From assembly GCA_002633005.1 (NCBI GenBank), contig NMRA01000251.1, positions 187,997 through 251,996 of the forward strand: a stretch of DNA of 64,000 bases, written 5' to 3'. Source of the stretch: Phoronis australis. Lineage: Eukaryota; Animalia; Phoronida. Both the position numbers and the translations under genes were made by a program. Below, piece after piece: positions 37,701 through 52,700 of this stretch (its first letter is position 1; each line of letters starts with the position of its first letter). The notes beneath the pieces are model-generated. The model was not told the DNA's origin. It worked only from the letters and a program-made list of their open reading frames with translations, and did no database searches.

Positions 37701-40700
37701 AATAGCTACTCATAGCAATGCTACTTTGATGGTTTAATCAACGTGAGGCATAATTCGCCGAAATGCGTCGGCGTCTGAAGGCCCCATGGGAGTACCCCGG
37801 TATCTACTGCTAAGTGGGGACGGTGGACCTGTCTACATAGAAGTCAGATTTGAAAACGTCGAAGCTTTGGCTTCGCATCAACAATATGTTTCCGAGTCAT
37901 TGTCCATTTCCAGTGCTTTAACGTTGTAAACGGCTGTAAAAAGACGACACGTTTATTCGAAGCACGTTTTCGGAGGCATCCAATAACATAACGGAAAGTA
38001 GGTGAGGCCACATGCATTCCGAAAGTGGCTTTAAATTAACCCGACCACCGTCACAAAAACTCACGTTTGATTTGGTCCACTTACCGACACCAAATGGGTC
38101 TTAAATTGCTCCTTAGTCAAAATCAATTTAATTACACTTTAGAGGTCGTTTCTGTATGTTACTTCAGATCAAGATCTACATGTACAATTCCGTCTGACTT
38201 GGTGGGCCGTTTCATGTATATGCACCGAGCATGGTATTAACAATATCGAGCTATCCGCTCTTTCCAAGCTCAGTAACTATTTCTGGTCGAGATTAGTTTT
38301 ACTGTACTAAGTGATCTAAAACAAATGGTTGGTAGATTTTAGCAACGCTAGGACCTACGTGTACGCTAGGACCTAGCTAACGAATCATATGTTCCATTTT
38401 TATAATACACGGAAATATCTCTGGTACATGTAATCTCCCGAAGACTTGCTTTTTAGCGAGGTCCCGGCGGTGCTGAAATCTACCCTGTTTTAATGTTTAC
38501 GTCACTTACATGTAGGACTTGTGATACTGTACCTCTCATTTTACACTCAACAGGTTGTGGTGGTATCGTGCCTTTATCGAACGTTGGTGATACGACACTG
38601 GTCTCCGCGCAAGCGCTAACCACTACTTCAAGTGACAGGAAGTGTGTATGGCTTGTCGAGGTAAATACTTGTAGATCTATGCATAATATTGAATGCCGAA
38701 TAAACAATATCGGCTAGCGTGTCACGTAATCGGAATTGAATACTTACAAGTTCACCAAAACGAGGCTCCTGTATATTGCAATGGCGCTTTCCGGTTCTTC
38801 CTCATGTTCTTGCTGCAAAAATGGTGCGAATCTATGCAGTTGTTTGAATAGTACTTAGAAACAACCATAACACCTCGGTTAGGGTCTACATCTATCAGAC
38901 TCCTGAATATTGTTTGGGATTTCTATGTACTGTAGTCTTCACTATGTTTTGCAAAGACTGGTAATCTGTATTCGTTACTCGGTCACATCAATACTTATAA
39001 TGTTATTTCGATACTTTTCCAAAAAAAATCTTGTCTTGCGTTTTTTTAAAGCACATTCCTGCAAGGCCATATTTTCAGGCTTTTCAAAATAGCAAACAAA
39101 TAGTTTATCAATGGAATCAAAATGTTATTCGTAGTACTTTCCGAAACACAGAATCTTTCAGAAAGACTAATGTTAGACCGGCAATCACATTCTCAGTTTC
39201 ATCAAAACCGATCACAATCTAATGCTTCTGGTGGAACTAAAATGCCTGGCAGTGAACGGGAAAGTTTGGAGAATTGTAATAAAATCGTAAAACACACAAC
39301 GGAAAGTATTGTTTCACAGCTCTGATCAAAGCTAATAAAACAAACAATCTCAAGGATTCGGTCCCAGAAAAGATATGAACTATGGTCAAAATTAACCTAG
39401 TGATGTTGTCTGTTCTCTGCATACGAGCTCGGCTTGATACATTGTGTGTCTACGAGGCAGCTTCAAGTCTAAAAAGCGCGTTCTACCAAGACAATAGTTG
39501 TATCGGGTGAGGTTTTGCAAGTCTTCCCGGAATATCATCATCTGCAGGTAGGCGAAATGGGACATAAAGCATGAACTGCCAAAGACCGAGCGTAATGTGA
39601 TAACATCCAGCATTGTTAAGCCATGCATTGTTAGGCAAGAATTTAACTCGGCAATTCTACAATACTGAAGGCAGAAATTCGATTGTTGTCTTGATGCCAA
39701 TTTGCCACTTATTAGGTTAGGTGACCTTGCTCTTTAGAAAAAATAGCCAGATAGAAAGGCTCATCCAAGCTAAAACTATACGATCAATAACAACACAAAA
39801 CTTGCGTGATACCAATTTTCAAGATAAAATCTCAAAAACGATGCTACAAACTTCTAAATTATCTTTTGGCTTTCCCTCTATTCAACCAGTATTTTTTCTT
39901 GAAAATCATATAGCCCTATTTTGATACTCCGTCATGCAAAAGCGGAATATTCTAAGAGCAATTGTTCTCACTGTGTTGGAAAATATTGCCCTCCGTAAGG
40001 TTACGTAGGGCCTTACCAAGATTTCAGATTTGGCTGATTTTGTAATAATGTGTCTCAGAAAAGGAGATCGGATTCATTTCAAACTTTCAGATATGTTTCT
40101 GTACTTTTCTCGAGTTATTTCATGGACGACATACATGTTTTGTTATCGATGCGCCTCCTTTTACATTTTGTTTACGAAACAGGCCTCGTCACGTTTACCC
40201 AATATGGCGATATGCCAAATGTCAAGCACTGAAATATACGTGCTTTCTGCTTTCAGAAAACATAATTCTTTTACAGAGATACAGTCTAAAGTTTTGTCCA
40301 TATTTGGTTAGTTACGATGTACACATACACGTAGCAGTCCACGAAGTTAAGCTGATGATATAAGGAAGTGCGCCCAAAAATCAAGAAAACAATAGGAGTG
40401 TTCTGATACCTCTTCGACACCCTCGACTCCACAGCCCTCGACCCCCTCGAACAAAGACCCCCTCGACTCACAACCCGCTAGACCGACGACCTACGACCCT
40501 CGACCCACGACAAATATCCCCGTCGACCCAATCTACACAAGCTCGACTCCATCTCAACATAGAACAAGCGCTGACGTGAAGGACCAATGAGTTGAGCCGT
40601 GAGCTCGGCTGGCTTTCCATGTTTTTTGCAATTAAGGCAGCCGATTCGGCAAGTTTGAAAGCCAAAAACAGAAAAAAAACACAATGTGACCAAATCAAAT

Positions 40701-43700
40701 CAAAGACCTACCAACTTTAAAAATGTCGTTCCTGGCAGAGTGTAATCGTCTCGTCTGCTCTTCAGTGAATTGCAGAGTGTGGGGAACCGACAAAACTGCA
40801 ATTTCACCTGTGAAGACATGTACAATGTGCATGTACAGTTTGAAAAAAGAAACTGTAAACTAAACAGTATTCCAACGTTATATGGAGTATTTTGTAAACT
40901 AGTATAAAATGTAAAGCAAATAATAAATATATGAAATTACGTACATTCACGTTAATGTACTCTCTCTCTTCCTACAGTGTAAGTATGTTAGAACTGCGCC
41001 GTTGATAGCCGCTCGTGGAACTGTGCTGCGCGTTACGTCGATTGCGCGATATAGCGATGACGATAGCGCACTCAGAATGCACTGTTCAGGACCACCGGCG
41101 TTCTCACGCCACTATCTGTTTTCAATCACCAGACTTCAGCCAGTGCAGACTCGCGTGTAGGTATGTCGCCCAGCAACGTAATAACATTATGAAATACGTA
41201 AAAAGCGCACCGATACCTCTATTGCAAAAGGTCATGGGTCGAGGGGCTCATGGGTGTTGTGGTCGAGGGGTTTCAGTACAATCCAAAAATACACTTCTTT
41301 TTTGTAAACCAACATCGAAAATCTTGATGACGTACATGTACACAAGTACCCAATTGGTTACTTCTTGACTCATTTCATCATGAGGTACATTTTGTCGTTA
41401 GGCGCCAGCAGGCAAGTATGTTCGGCTGCATTGGAACAGTAATAGTTTGGGCGACGACTGTGACAAACATTACTTGGAAATGCGATATAACTTGAAAGGA
41501 CAGGATGGAGTTGAGTAAGTTTGGCTCTTATTTTTTACTACACAGTGCATGTTAAACGCCTGTGATAAAATATGAGTGTGTTTAGCTCTCCTTTTTTTCC
41601 TACTCGCTGCATGTTAAACGACTATAATAAAATATGGCTGCCATGAAGGAGGTTGGCCATTTGAACGACTGGCATTTGTTGGCACTAGGTGTCGAAGGGA
41701 TAATGAATAAGGTTTTATGAACAAATCATGTTGTTTAAAAATATAGCGGGGGACACCTACATTGTATAAATCAATGTAAATCGAGCGGGGATGCAAGGGT
41801 GGTAAGAGACCCAAGGGTTCATTCCCTGTTCCTCAGTTGGAGCTGTTGAATCCTTCTGTTTACCATTTTATTGCTGTTTAATTGTATGGAAGTTAAACCA
41901 GGAATGATGTTTCGATTTTCATCAACTGTTGTGGTGTATTCAACTACAAATCTACTTTAATAGGCAAGATATAATGACAATTGTCTGAACCTTGAGATAC
42001 TCATGAAATTGCATGCCCTTTGATCCAGTTATGCATTACCGGCTACTTCACTTCCTAACACGCAACTATACTGTATGGATGCACTGGAAAGGTTATCATT
42101 ACAATAGGCAATTACGTGTACCACGGCACCTGAACATTTGCTACTCATTTCTTTTGTTTGGGAATTAAGGGACATTGGCGGACGTCGGTGAGAATGGCTG
42201 CCTGTGTCTTCTCAACAATTTAGACAATCCGGAGTGTAAAAACTATGTTTCTCCCTAAACGGCAAACATTTAATTACTGTAGAAAAAAGGAATATCCCGT
42301 TCATTGCAACTGCTGTTCCTTTGTTGACACGTCGCAACAGCTGTTCTTTTGTTGATATGTTCCAACCACTGCTCCTTTGTTGATATGACCCAACCGTTTT
42401 GTGTATCTGCCAGAGGAAGATGAAGTGACCACTTTACTATTTTCACTACCCCTTTTATAGCGAATGTAACATCCCCAACGAATCCAGTGAAATGGCGGGG
42501 GCTTCAAAGAAACGCTCAAACGTCCAAGTCCTTCCATGCATTCTATAACAATAATCACGAATTAGAATTTTCTGGGACTCCGAAAAAGTAAGAAACAATT
42601 GCCGATGAATTATTGAGACAATACAGTAGGCAAATGAACGAACACTAAAAAAGAGTAAAGAGAGTGGCAACATGATGACCTGAAGGTTGAGTACTCTGCG
42701 GTTATTGAGACAATGGGCGTGGAAACGAACAGAGAACATGCCATGTTTTACAATGGTTCTGTAAGAAAGTTCACTGAATAAAAAAACGAGTTGCTCATGG
42801 TCACGCAATCATTCTTCGAGGTCAACAACATTTAGATTTCCTCTAGCTTGTCCTTCTTCTATCATTTCCCGGGAGCCGTGGAAGTCGTCCACCGTATACC
42901 GTGCTCAGTTCATATACATTGTAGATCAACAAACCCTTGCCGCATGATGACTATATGCACATATATCATTCGCTCATCAAGGCGGGCGGGGATGTATGAT
43001 ATTTGAATACACAGGAGGTAGATGTACTTGTATTTGGGGAACTGGACATACCGCATTCATTCATCACATTCTAAGAAATCTACTGCAGATAAGGTGGTAC
43101 TCTACGTATTAGTAAATTTATTAGCCTTGTTCCTACGATGCGTACTATTGTTAAACTTTTGTTTTCGATTGAAAGACACCTGAAATTTGAAGTAATATTC
43201 AAAGCATTGTGGAACTGGTAAAATCATAGTAGTTTCTTTTCCGCACGAACAAAAGTCAATCGAATTTGGTACAAACAATGATTCACCAACTCTAATCCAT
43301 AAAATGGTGTGATAAAGTTGGCATTACAAATACATGACCAGAACGTCGGAAGTGATGTCGACATAAACAATCGGTGCGTCATAGAGTCAATCATCACCGG
43401 AATTAAGAAACGGTATTCCGTTTAATGTCTAAATGAGTCCACAATCGAGAATTCAGTTGCAGTATTTGCCATTTGCAGGATCTGTGGTTCCAACGTGCCT
43501 GAAGACATGTCATCTCTCGACGGGGATCAAAAGCCAAACTGGATCATGCTGATTTACTACGAGGCAAGCGTTGTTACATCTGGAGGGTTTTCAACAACTC
43601 TCATGGCCACGGATGCCAACGGTAAAACTATGCTTCTTAATGCTTCGCGTTATAAGTTTCCATGTCCTGGAAGCATTGCCAGATTCCAATGGAATCAATT

Positions 43701-46700
43701 CATCAGAAACCGTTGATGTGATTTTAGAGTAGGCCCTCTTCCCACTGGTCACACAGTTTGTAGTGGAATCTGTCATCGCTTCCTTAATACTGTGGGCGAC
43801 GCAACTTGGCTACAATTAACACGTAGTCTGTTCAAGTGACAACGCGGTATCTCTGTTCTGAAATCGGTGTGGTCAGTTTCTACTAGCTGATGCAGGTGAG
43901 GAACACGCAGTCAAGGGACAGGACCCTGCTGAGCGAGTAGAACTGGGGTTCACAGCGTAGATATACAAAACGCTGAATTATTTAATCCGGAAAGTATTAT
44001 GTGGAATGCAATTACGAAGGCAACTGAAGTTAAGGAGAGAATCGGACACAGTGCGGCCCCGCAAACAGCAGCCGAAGCGATAGCACGCAGAGCGGCAGAA
44101 CAATGCCCATACGCGTAACGAGAGCAACGTCACGACAACAACTTGAGTAAACCCCACGTCTGTACCCTATCAGTCAGGATGTTACACGTAACCTGCATCC
44201 TTGGACATGAGTTGTGAGACAATTCAAAGAATGTTAAATGCGCACAATAATTGCAGAGCTGTAGTTTCGTGCCAGATGTCGAGGTAATTTCACCAAGAGG
44301 ACAAGACTTGGGGATAAGCAGAGGTTCGACGTCTCAAGGTCAATTACTGACAGAATTTGAAGATCTCCCTATCTACCGCAATTGGCTTCCTCACTTCATT
44401 TCGCGTTTTCTGTTCCAGATCCATGTTTGTCCAACCCGTGCTACGGCCTGTCTACATGTGTATACAACATTGCCCAGGGAACACATACCTGCGTGTGCAC
44501 TTCAGAGTATTCTGGAGCCGACTGTAGCCAGAGAAGTAAGGCGTCACTTTACTATCCCGTACTTCCCATACACATGAACTATGCGAAGTAATGTTAGATT
44601 CAGTTTTAGGATAAAACTCAAGGTACTGTAGTATTTTTATTGTATATAGGGCATTTTCTCTATAAATATATTTTTCATATGGGCCAGATGCCTTTGTGCT
44701 TGGAATGAACTTGAAAAGTTTGGCCTTAACGTTTTGGTTACATTAGGGTGTACCTACGAATATCACCACAGATAATTTATTCCTACACGTATTCTTAACC
44801 GGACAAAAATGCGCAATCACTGTTTGGCCCGACATAATGGACGGTCGTGTCTACATGTATCAGCGTCTACACTGTATGTGCAGATTTCGACGCATCCGCC
44901 TCTGAGTCATTCGAGAGAGGCATGGAATTGTTCCAACAGGATACAGATGATGACTTGGACTGGACTCGCATCAAGGGGGTATGTTTTCAAGGAACTAATA
45001 CTACTGTTAATTGTATAGCAAGGAATTTTGTGGTTTACTAAAAGCATTTTATAATATGATTGATGAAACTTAGGTAAGCTGAATTTCCACCATGTTCAGC
45101 GTGTTTCTCTGAATACTCCTTTTATCCTGCTTTGCTTTCATTACTAAGTCAAGTTTGGCTTTGGTACAAACCGAGAATGAAGTCTACGTTGATTTGTTTT
45201 GATAATTGAAAACAAATGAAGGATTTCTATGCAAAGCCCCTAATTTAAGGTCAAAGCCACCATTTATTTCCGATGAATTTAGTTAGATACATGCAGTTAA
45301 ATTTCTGGAATTCCACAGTCTACAGTATGACAGTGCTAGCTGGGTCATTAGGGTCACAGCTCTATGTTAACTTCTAGGCCTACACATGAGCACAACAAAA
45401 GTGAATTGAACACCATGCAGCCGGCGTGTGCTTTGTAGCCTTAAGCGGGCTGCCGAAAGAAATTTTTATTAATCTTCAGATATCTGCCAATACATATTTG
45501 TGTCCGGAATCCACTCCAATGTAACAGTATTAAATTAAGACGAAAGGACAACGTTCTGTGGATCACAAAAAACGAAACAACAATTTGAAGATAACTAGTA
45601 TCAAATGTGCTCACACGCGAAAAACCTGCATAAAACTGTATAAAATCCGAATTTTTTCAAACTTCGAAAGTATTTCTAAACTCATACCGGGTGAGAAAAT
45701 GAACATAACAGTTTCTTACCGATTCTGAGCTAATCACTCATCTATATAGAGTGCAAATTCCATTGCAAGACAGCAGGGCGATCGGCAACATTGCAGCACT
45801 GTACGTGGATCAATTTTCTGAACACAAGATACATGGAAAAAATTTCGAAGAACAGCATGAAATTTGGACCACCAACCTCTGAGTACTTCTGGTAATCACC
45901 TAAGCTACCGGCAAATCCGATGGCAAAACGGATTCAGCCACAAACTTCAAAATGAGCTATGCGCTCAAATATTGGCTTCCGGACGATCGTTAGCATAGGC
46001 CTGAATGGGGCAAACTTCAAACTTCAAGAGACGTGAAAAATTTGTCACCAATGACGCTGATATTTGGCAGTCACAAGTCTTAACATACACTCTATGCGAC
46101 AGTATCGGCAAATTGTGTAGTTATCTCCCCTCACTTATAAATTCCTGATTATAGCCTGTTCTTGTGTGTTTCTTAGCGTTTTAGCCAGCATGTGAACTGG
46201 GAGAAGACATGGGATCATTATACTTGTGACCTAAAGCAAATAAGATCACACGCTCTGCTTGTAATATAAAGCAGTATCTCACGATGACTTGCATGATATT
46301 CCCCGACTCATTGGCAAAGTACGGAACTAAGCCTGAATGATTACAAAACCTCGATAATTAAGACATATATCAAATTAAGCCCGCACATGACAAAGGAAAT
46401 GTCAACGAGTTGATGCAAAACCAAACCTTTCTGTTTTTAAGCCTACAAATTCACCGGAAACAGGACCGTCAGCAGCTTCGAAAGGCGATTACTATGTTTA
46501 CGTCGAGGTGACGTATATTGCCTCGGGGAAAAAAGCGAGATTGCGTTCAATCCAATTCCGTGAGTAATGGTGTACATTATGTATTCGAGCACAACGTCCA
46601 TAATCAGTTTAGATGTATGCATAAAAACTATTCATCGCCCATCATATATTACCAGGTGCCATTGAATAAACTTCTTACAAACAACACTTTGGTATTGGAC

Positions 46701-49700
46701 TTGCATGTAATTCCCATAATATTGTCAATATTTAATTAACTGCTTTTTATTGTATTTAATTGCAAGGCGAGAACGCCACACCACAGGTTGACAATGTTAG
46801 TCTTGTAGTCTAAAGTTACCTCGGTCCCTATAACTGACTGGGTCTGTGCATCTTTATGTACTTGTGTGTTGTGCGTGGCAAGCCGATTTAAGTCCATCGT
46901 TGTTTTGATCACCCGAGGAACTGGTTCCTAGGATCATCAAAACAACGGTAAATATTACCTGCCGAGTACGTTTCAGCGGTTTTTCTTACTTTAAGCCGCA
47001 AACCAAGTCCGGTGTTGGAGTTTCGACTATAGTATGTACGGTAGCAATATGGGAACGGTGGATGTGAAATTGGAAACGAATGGAAACAGCCAGTCACTGT
47101 GGACTAAATCTGGTGACCAGGGAAATNGCTTAAACAAAGCTTGTTGTTCAAACTTTTTGACTTTTCTACCTTGTCTCCAAGGGCCTTGTCTGTTAACTGG
47201 GATTCTCAAGTTACGTTGACCTGGTTGAAACATAACGTCTCACACAATGAAGAAACTGTGTTTGACATCGCGTTACCGACTTTCACGTAGAACTGATGCA
47301 GTAAGCATGCGCACCCTGGGAGAGGGGTATAAGGGGGCTCCAACGAGTAGAAAACGCGACAAAAGCCAAATGAAAGGCAGAAACGACCAAACACGATTCG
47401 GCGAATGCACAATTCACAGCTCTGAACGTACCCGTGAATCTTAGTAAAAGGTCCGCAATCTCAAAAATTCGAGCCCTCCATTTTTAGGCTGAGTGCGTGC
47501 AAGGTACATGTAACTGGACCAGAATACAATAGTGTGGGTACAAACGAGTATACCATCCTTGGTTGCAATTAATCTTAGTCTTCAGACCCGGATATCAAAG
47601 GGCAGGGAGTTTTGAAAGGCAGTTGTATATGCGCATCGCAGTCGCCAAATGACGAGACCACCTCCTCAACTTGTCACCTCATCTGAATATACCAAACGTG
47701 TCGTAGAAAGCGTCGGCATTTCGTTATGTTACTTGTACAAAAATCAAAAACCCCGTTATCCAAAAGCAGACATGGTTGCTTAGCAAAGGTAATGCCATTT
47801 TTGTTGGAAAATATCGAGATAATCTGAACGGGCGTGCATTCTGTTGACGAGAGAACATCGTAGAAAAACAAATTAGCTCAAGATTGTGCAGATACCACAA
47901 TTAATTACAGAGGTAGCGTGTCGGCACGTTAGCTCCATTCGGGAGGTCTCTGCGTATGAGAAACGCAATTTTCATATATTAAAATTAGCAAACAGTAATG
48001 TTCTAAACCATCATTTAGTGAATGTGTGACATTTTGTTGCACGTTACAGTTTGTTCCAATCTCCTACTAGATGCCCTTAACTCTTTGAAACACTTGTTAA
48101 TTTCATCGCCATTTCTCCACTAGTTTTCAACTCCATCAGGCCTGACCGGGCCTACTCATGCGTCCAAGAACCAATGCATACTTTATGTGGAAAGTTCTTC
48201 GCTGCCCGCGGATTCCACTTCGGAACTCAAGACGAACTTTGCGCTATCCAGTAAGCAAATTTAACTGACACGGTATTTCTTTACCACACCAAAACACCTT
48301 CTTTTTGCGTGTACAAAACATCTATTTGAGTAATGTATAACATGCCACCGGATAATCCATCCTACTGCTTATGAAAATTTCAACGAATGTCATAATTAGT
48401 AAAGACTTGTTGAGATATCCATGCGTACAAGGTGGAAACAGAACATCCGAAAAAAGTAGAAAACGAGACCAAAGTGCACTAAAAAGGCTGCAACTATCAA
48501 ATCTCGGCGAAAGCACAATTCATACAGTGTAGCTCTGAACATACCCGTTGAATGACATTCGCAAAAAATTTATTTGTTGGCTGAGTGCGCGCAAGGCATC
48601 AAAACTTTCAAAATGATACAGAACAAGTTTATGGCCAGCATTGGAAGCTTCGTGTGGTGTGTCACCCACTTTTCGTCTATATCAAACGAACGGTTTTTAC
48701 TTTCGTTTTCAAATATTGCCATGGATCAAATGTTGCTTTGGAAGAACCTTCTTTGCCATTTATTTCTACTACATTTCTCCAAAGCAATTTTTGACTCGAT
48801 CAAGAATCATGTGTACAATGATGTTGGCCTGAGGATAACGATTACGTTTCAATGCCTCTTGGTTAAAGTTTTTCATACCGTCTCACTTCTCGAAAAATGT
48901 TTTATTTTTATTTCAATTTCACGAGAGATGTGTCTGTTCTGAAATCAAATTACCGGCATTCACCATGATTGGCGTAAACTATTACATGTACAATTATAGT
49001 GACCAAATTGAAATCGAAACTATTTGCACTTAAGTCACAATTATTTTCACCACTGTCACTGAAATTAGATGGAGTATTTATTTCTTCATTAAATATTGCT
49101 ATCCAAAAAGCGATGCGAGTTTTGAACATTCGAATTGTCTTTCACAAAGATTATGGCGATGTCGGGTACCTTAAAAAAACGCAATGTTTCGAAATCAGAT
49201 CTATTACAAAGGGTTTGGCAGTTGCGTTAACACAAGGGAATTTTGTTGTCGACTCGTTGTATGCTAACTCGCCACAGAATGTCTAGCAGACAACCAATTA
49301 CATGTAAAACCAACGTTTGCGATGTTATGATTCATCGTTTGTTTTCGTGTGCAGTTGAGTCCTTCTACAGTTGGATGATTTGGGAATTTATAATATCACA
49401 AAACCAGCGTTTACTATGTAATGATTTATTCACATCTTGTTCTCTTGTGTAAATGTGTCATGTTACAACTGGATGATTTTTGATGATTTCAACGACCATT
49501 GTCTGCAGACAACTAGTTGGGTAAGAACAACTGGTCGGGCGTAGTAAGACGTGTCAATTAAATAACAAGTGTTATGTTATTGGACCATCGAGAACATCAT
49601 GTAGGAAGCAGCACTAATATGCATCCATCAAAGGAAGTGTTTGTTAAAGGATTCGATATTTTTTATCTTACTCGTTGTTTGTATGCTCTTGAAACATCAC

Positions 49701-52700
49701 CCTGAATTGCACATGAGAACAAAATTCGAAACTATAATGTCGCCATGGACTTTGGTTTTCACTGGCTGCCTGCTAGAGGTTTGCTTACGATGAATCACGG
49801 GCAGCACAGTACTGAAATAAGTGGGGAAGGGCTATATCCCCCTGCCCCCTATATGGTGCACTGCCCATGTCCATAGTAGGCGCAGCACTGAAAAAAATTA
49901 TAGTCCCCCCAGCCCCCTATGGTGCGCCGCCCATGTGAATGAGAATTGCATTCCGTTTTAAGTAATTTAAGTCTCCCGACTCAATACTCATATGTTACTT
50001 GGCTACATATAATTTGGAAACCTTGACCTTTAAGGGACCAATCGTTGACATCGGTTGCATGTGATATATGCTCTGAAAAATGACTCAGACGATGCATTAC
50101 TTGTTCGCAAGAAACCCAAAGGTTTCCAAACATACGGACGGTCCAAACTTTCTTTACCTAAGGGTAAAAGGAATTCGTTTTAAAATTTGTCTTTCTACAA
50201 TACTGCCTATGACTACATCTTTATTGGTCAGGATGAATAACGCCACTGACTACTCGATTGCTAGGTGATCTCCAACACTGCGTTCGTTTCTCGTATCACA
50301 TGTACGGTATCTACATGGGAAGCCTGTCGCTAATAGCAAAAACGACTGCCGGCGATGATGACATCCTCCAAACGATTACCGGAGACCAGGGAGAAGAATG
50401 GCACAGGTTCAAACAAACCATCGGAATAGGTCACACATCCGTGAGTAGTCATTTGTGTTTTGCCTCCATTTTCCATTATATACTGTGCTACATTATTGTT
50501 TATTATAAAGTGACGTCATAGTGAGAGCGTCTTCACTGAGTTGAACAGAGGAACACCACAGAAAAATAGACATACAGCACGGCGTCGATGCAATCTCCGT
50601 CATTACTTGATAAAATGTCGGACTGGAATTTCAATGACATCTGTAGTACATTAGTTTCCAGTGCCTGCATCACAGGTCGCTAAGACTCATTAAGTTTAAA
50701 GCAAATCTAATGCAACAGGCGTATCTTCTTGAACTACTGTAGCCTACTTCGCATAATGACTTTTAGGGCAGTGACTATCTTATTGCCGTTATTCGGCAAG
50801 CCCAGATAACTTCTTCATTTTGACATTTTAAGTGTTCTTTCTGTTCGTTTTATGCGAGTAGGTCAGAATCAAGGCTTTGTTCTCACACTACACAAGTGAT
50901 TTTGCTATCGACATCTTCCGGCTTTCAACTGGAGCTTGCGTAGAAGGTGAGCATCAGATTTTCCACGTGACCGCTTACAGGCGCAGTCAGTCGCTTGCAA
51001 CGGAATTTAGGATCTTGTTTATAGTTCAGTCCGTGTATCGGTCTGAAGCCACAAACACATTTGTACAGGATTAGGTATTCAATCCCTACACATATACTTA
51101 ATGTGCATCTGCAAAGGTGATTTTTGCCTCGAAAACTTTTTACTCATTTGTGACGTCAACGCTTATTTTACAGAGCCCTGCGACAGTGTCCCCTGCAAAC
51201 ACGTTCCGGAAGGACACTGTACAAACGATGGGGCCAATGCTGTGTGCGCATGTCCACCTGGATTCGCTGGAAATTGCGACTATATAGGTAATGCTCTACA
51301 AGTCAAGGGGAGAGTGAAAAAAGTGATTCATGAAAAAGCCAAAAAAACCCTTCGGCAACTTCACTTATACTAAAAGGGGTACCAAAAACAACCTCTGTGT
51401 TATTTAACCACACTTGACCATAATGCACAAGCAACAAGGAGGTTGGTGGCTGAGGGACGCCTCCCCTCAATTTTTTTTTCACAGCCAATGGTCCTTGCAA
51501 AGATTGAATTTTTTTTTCCTATCAACTGCTTAATAATACTTAGCCACTGGTACGATAGTACTGCATGTCATATGACGCACTACTGAGTGACACGATCAGT
51601 ATTTATGTATTTGGTTTTGCAGCGCACCCTCCCCCCACCACCCATTTTTGTAACTCTACCACTATCATGAATTTGCGTGTGTATTCAGTGGTCAGTATGC
51701 ACGACACGCAATAGTGAGATAAGGAGTTCATCTCGTGTTTAGTTGAGCTATATTTTCATTAGCCCAAGACAGCAGATTTCTTCTCAGTTCTCCAGGTTGA
51801 CCCTGCGTATTTGCGAAACAGGTCCCGTTCCCAATAACACACGAAGCACGTACAAAAAACGACGACTTGCCGCTGTAACGGCTTGCGGACATTACCCACA
51901 ACTGTACATTTGTGCCTTACTTCAGTGTATACGTCTGTAAATCTCAACGCCTCAGGCAAACATCTGCCCCAAGTATGCATGTGTGCGCAACTTTTTGGCA
52001 TCCATCAATTCCACGTGCACGTATTATCATTCACTTGTGATTGATAGACATATATACGTGTATTCAAACGACTGAGCCGAGTGGAGTCAGTAGTTATAAG
52101 TAGGAATAGTGAGGATGGTGCCTTGGCACTCCATTATTATCGGTTGATTTCTCTTACGACCATTCTTGTGTCACCTACTGTACGCGTGGGAAGTCTTGCC
52201 GTCTGCTTCAACTAACCTAGAATCCATCAACTGAGGACCGTTGGCTTTTTAAGCCTTTCAAGTGTTCCGGATGTGCATCGGGCAAACAATCAACATCGAA
52301 GTTGCCTTAGGCTTTCCCACAGGGAAAAAGGAGATATGGTCTTAAACCTGAATGTTACACAATGTTTTACGTAGAGTTCGATTTGCCGAAAAATCGGGCA
52401 TCTTAACCGCCGTCTGAAAAATTTCTTCGTGTGAACATGGTGCCAACCCGTGCAGACAGCGGCTTAACTGAAAACACGTCACTAGAATGTGGGCTTCTCG
52501 CGGTAAGAATGTTTTGACCTGTCGTCTGGTTGAAGGTCTCACGGTAACAAGGCAGGTTAGACGTGTAAATAAGTTTTCAGATGTCTAATATACTTATCTC
52601 CTTGTGAACGCTATACATATGTATGTTGTGCAAAGCATTGACTGTATATCCCATAAACGTCTTAATACTTTAGACGGGCGCACGCGCTACTGCAGCTGAC

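Noticed and set aside
40410-40550. CRISPR-like repeat array
   Set aside because: Repeats are only ~8 bp with irregular spacing, in a eukaryotic intron, with no cas genes
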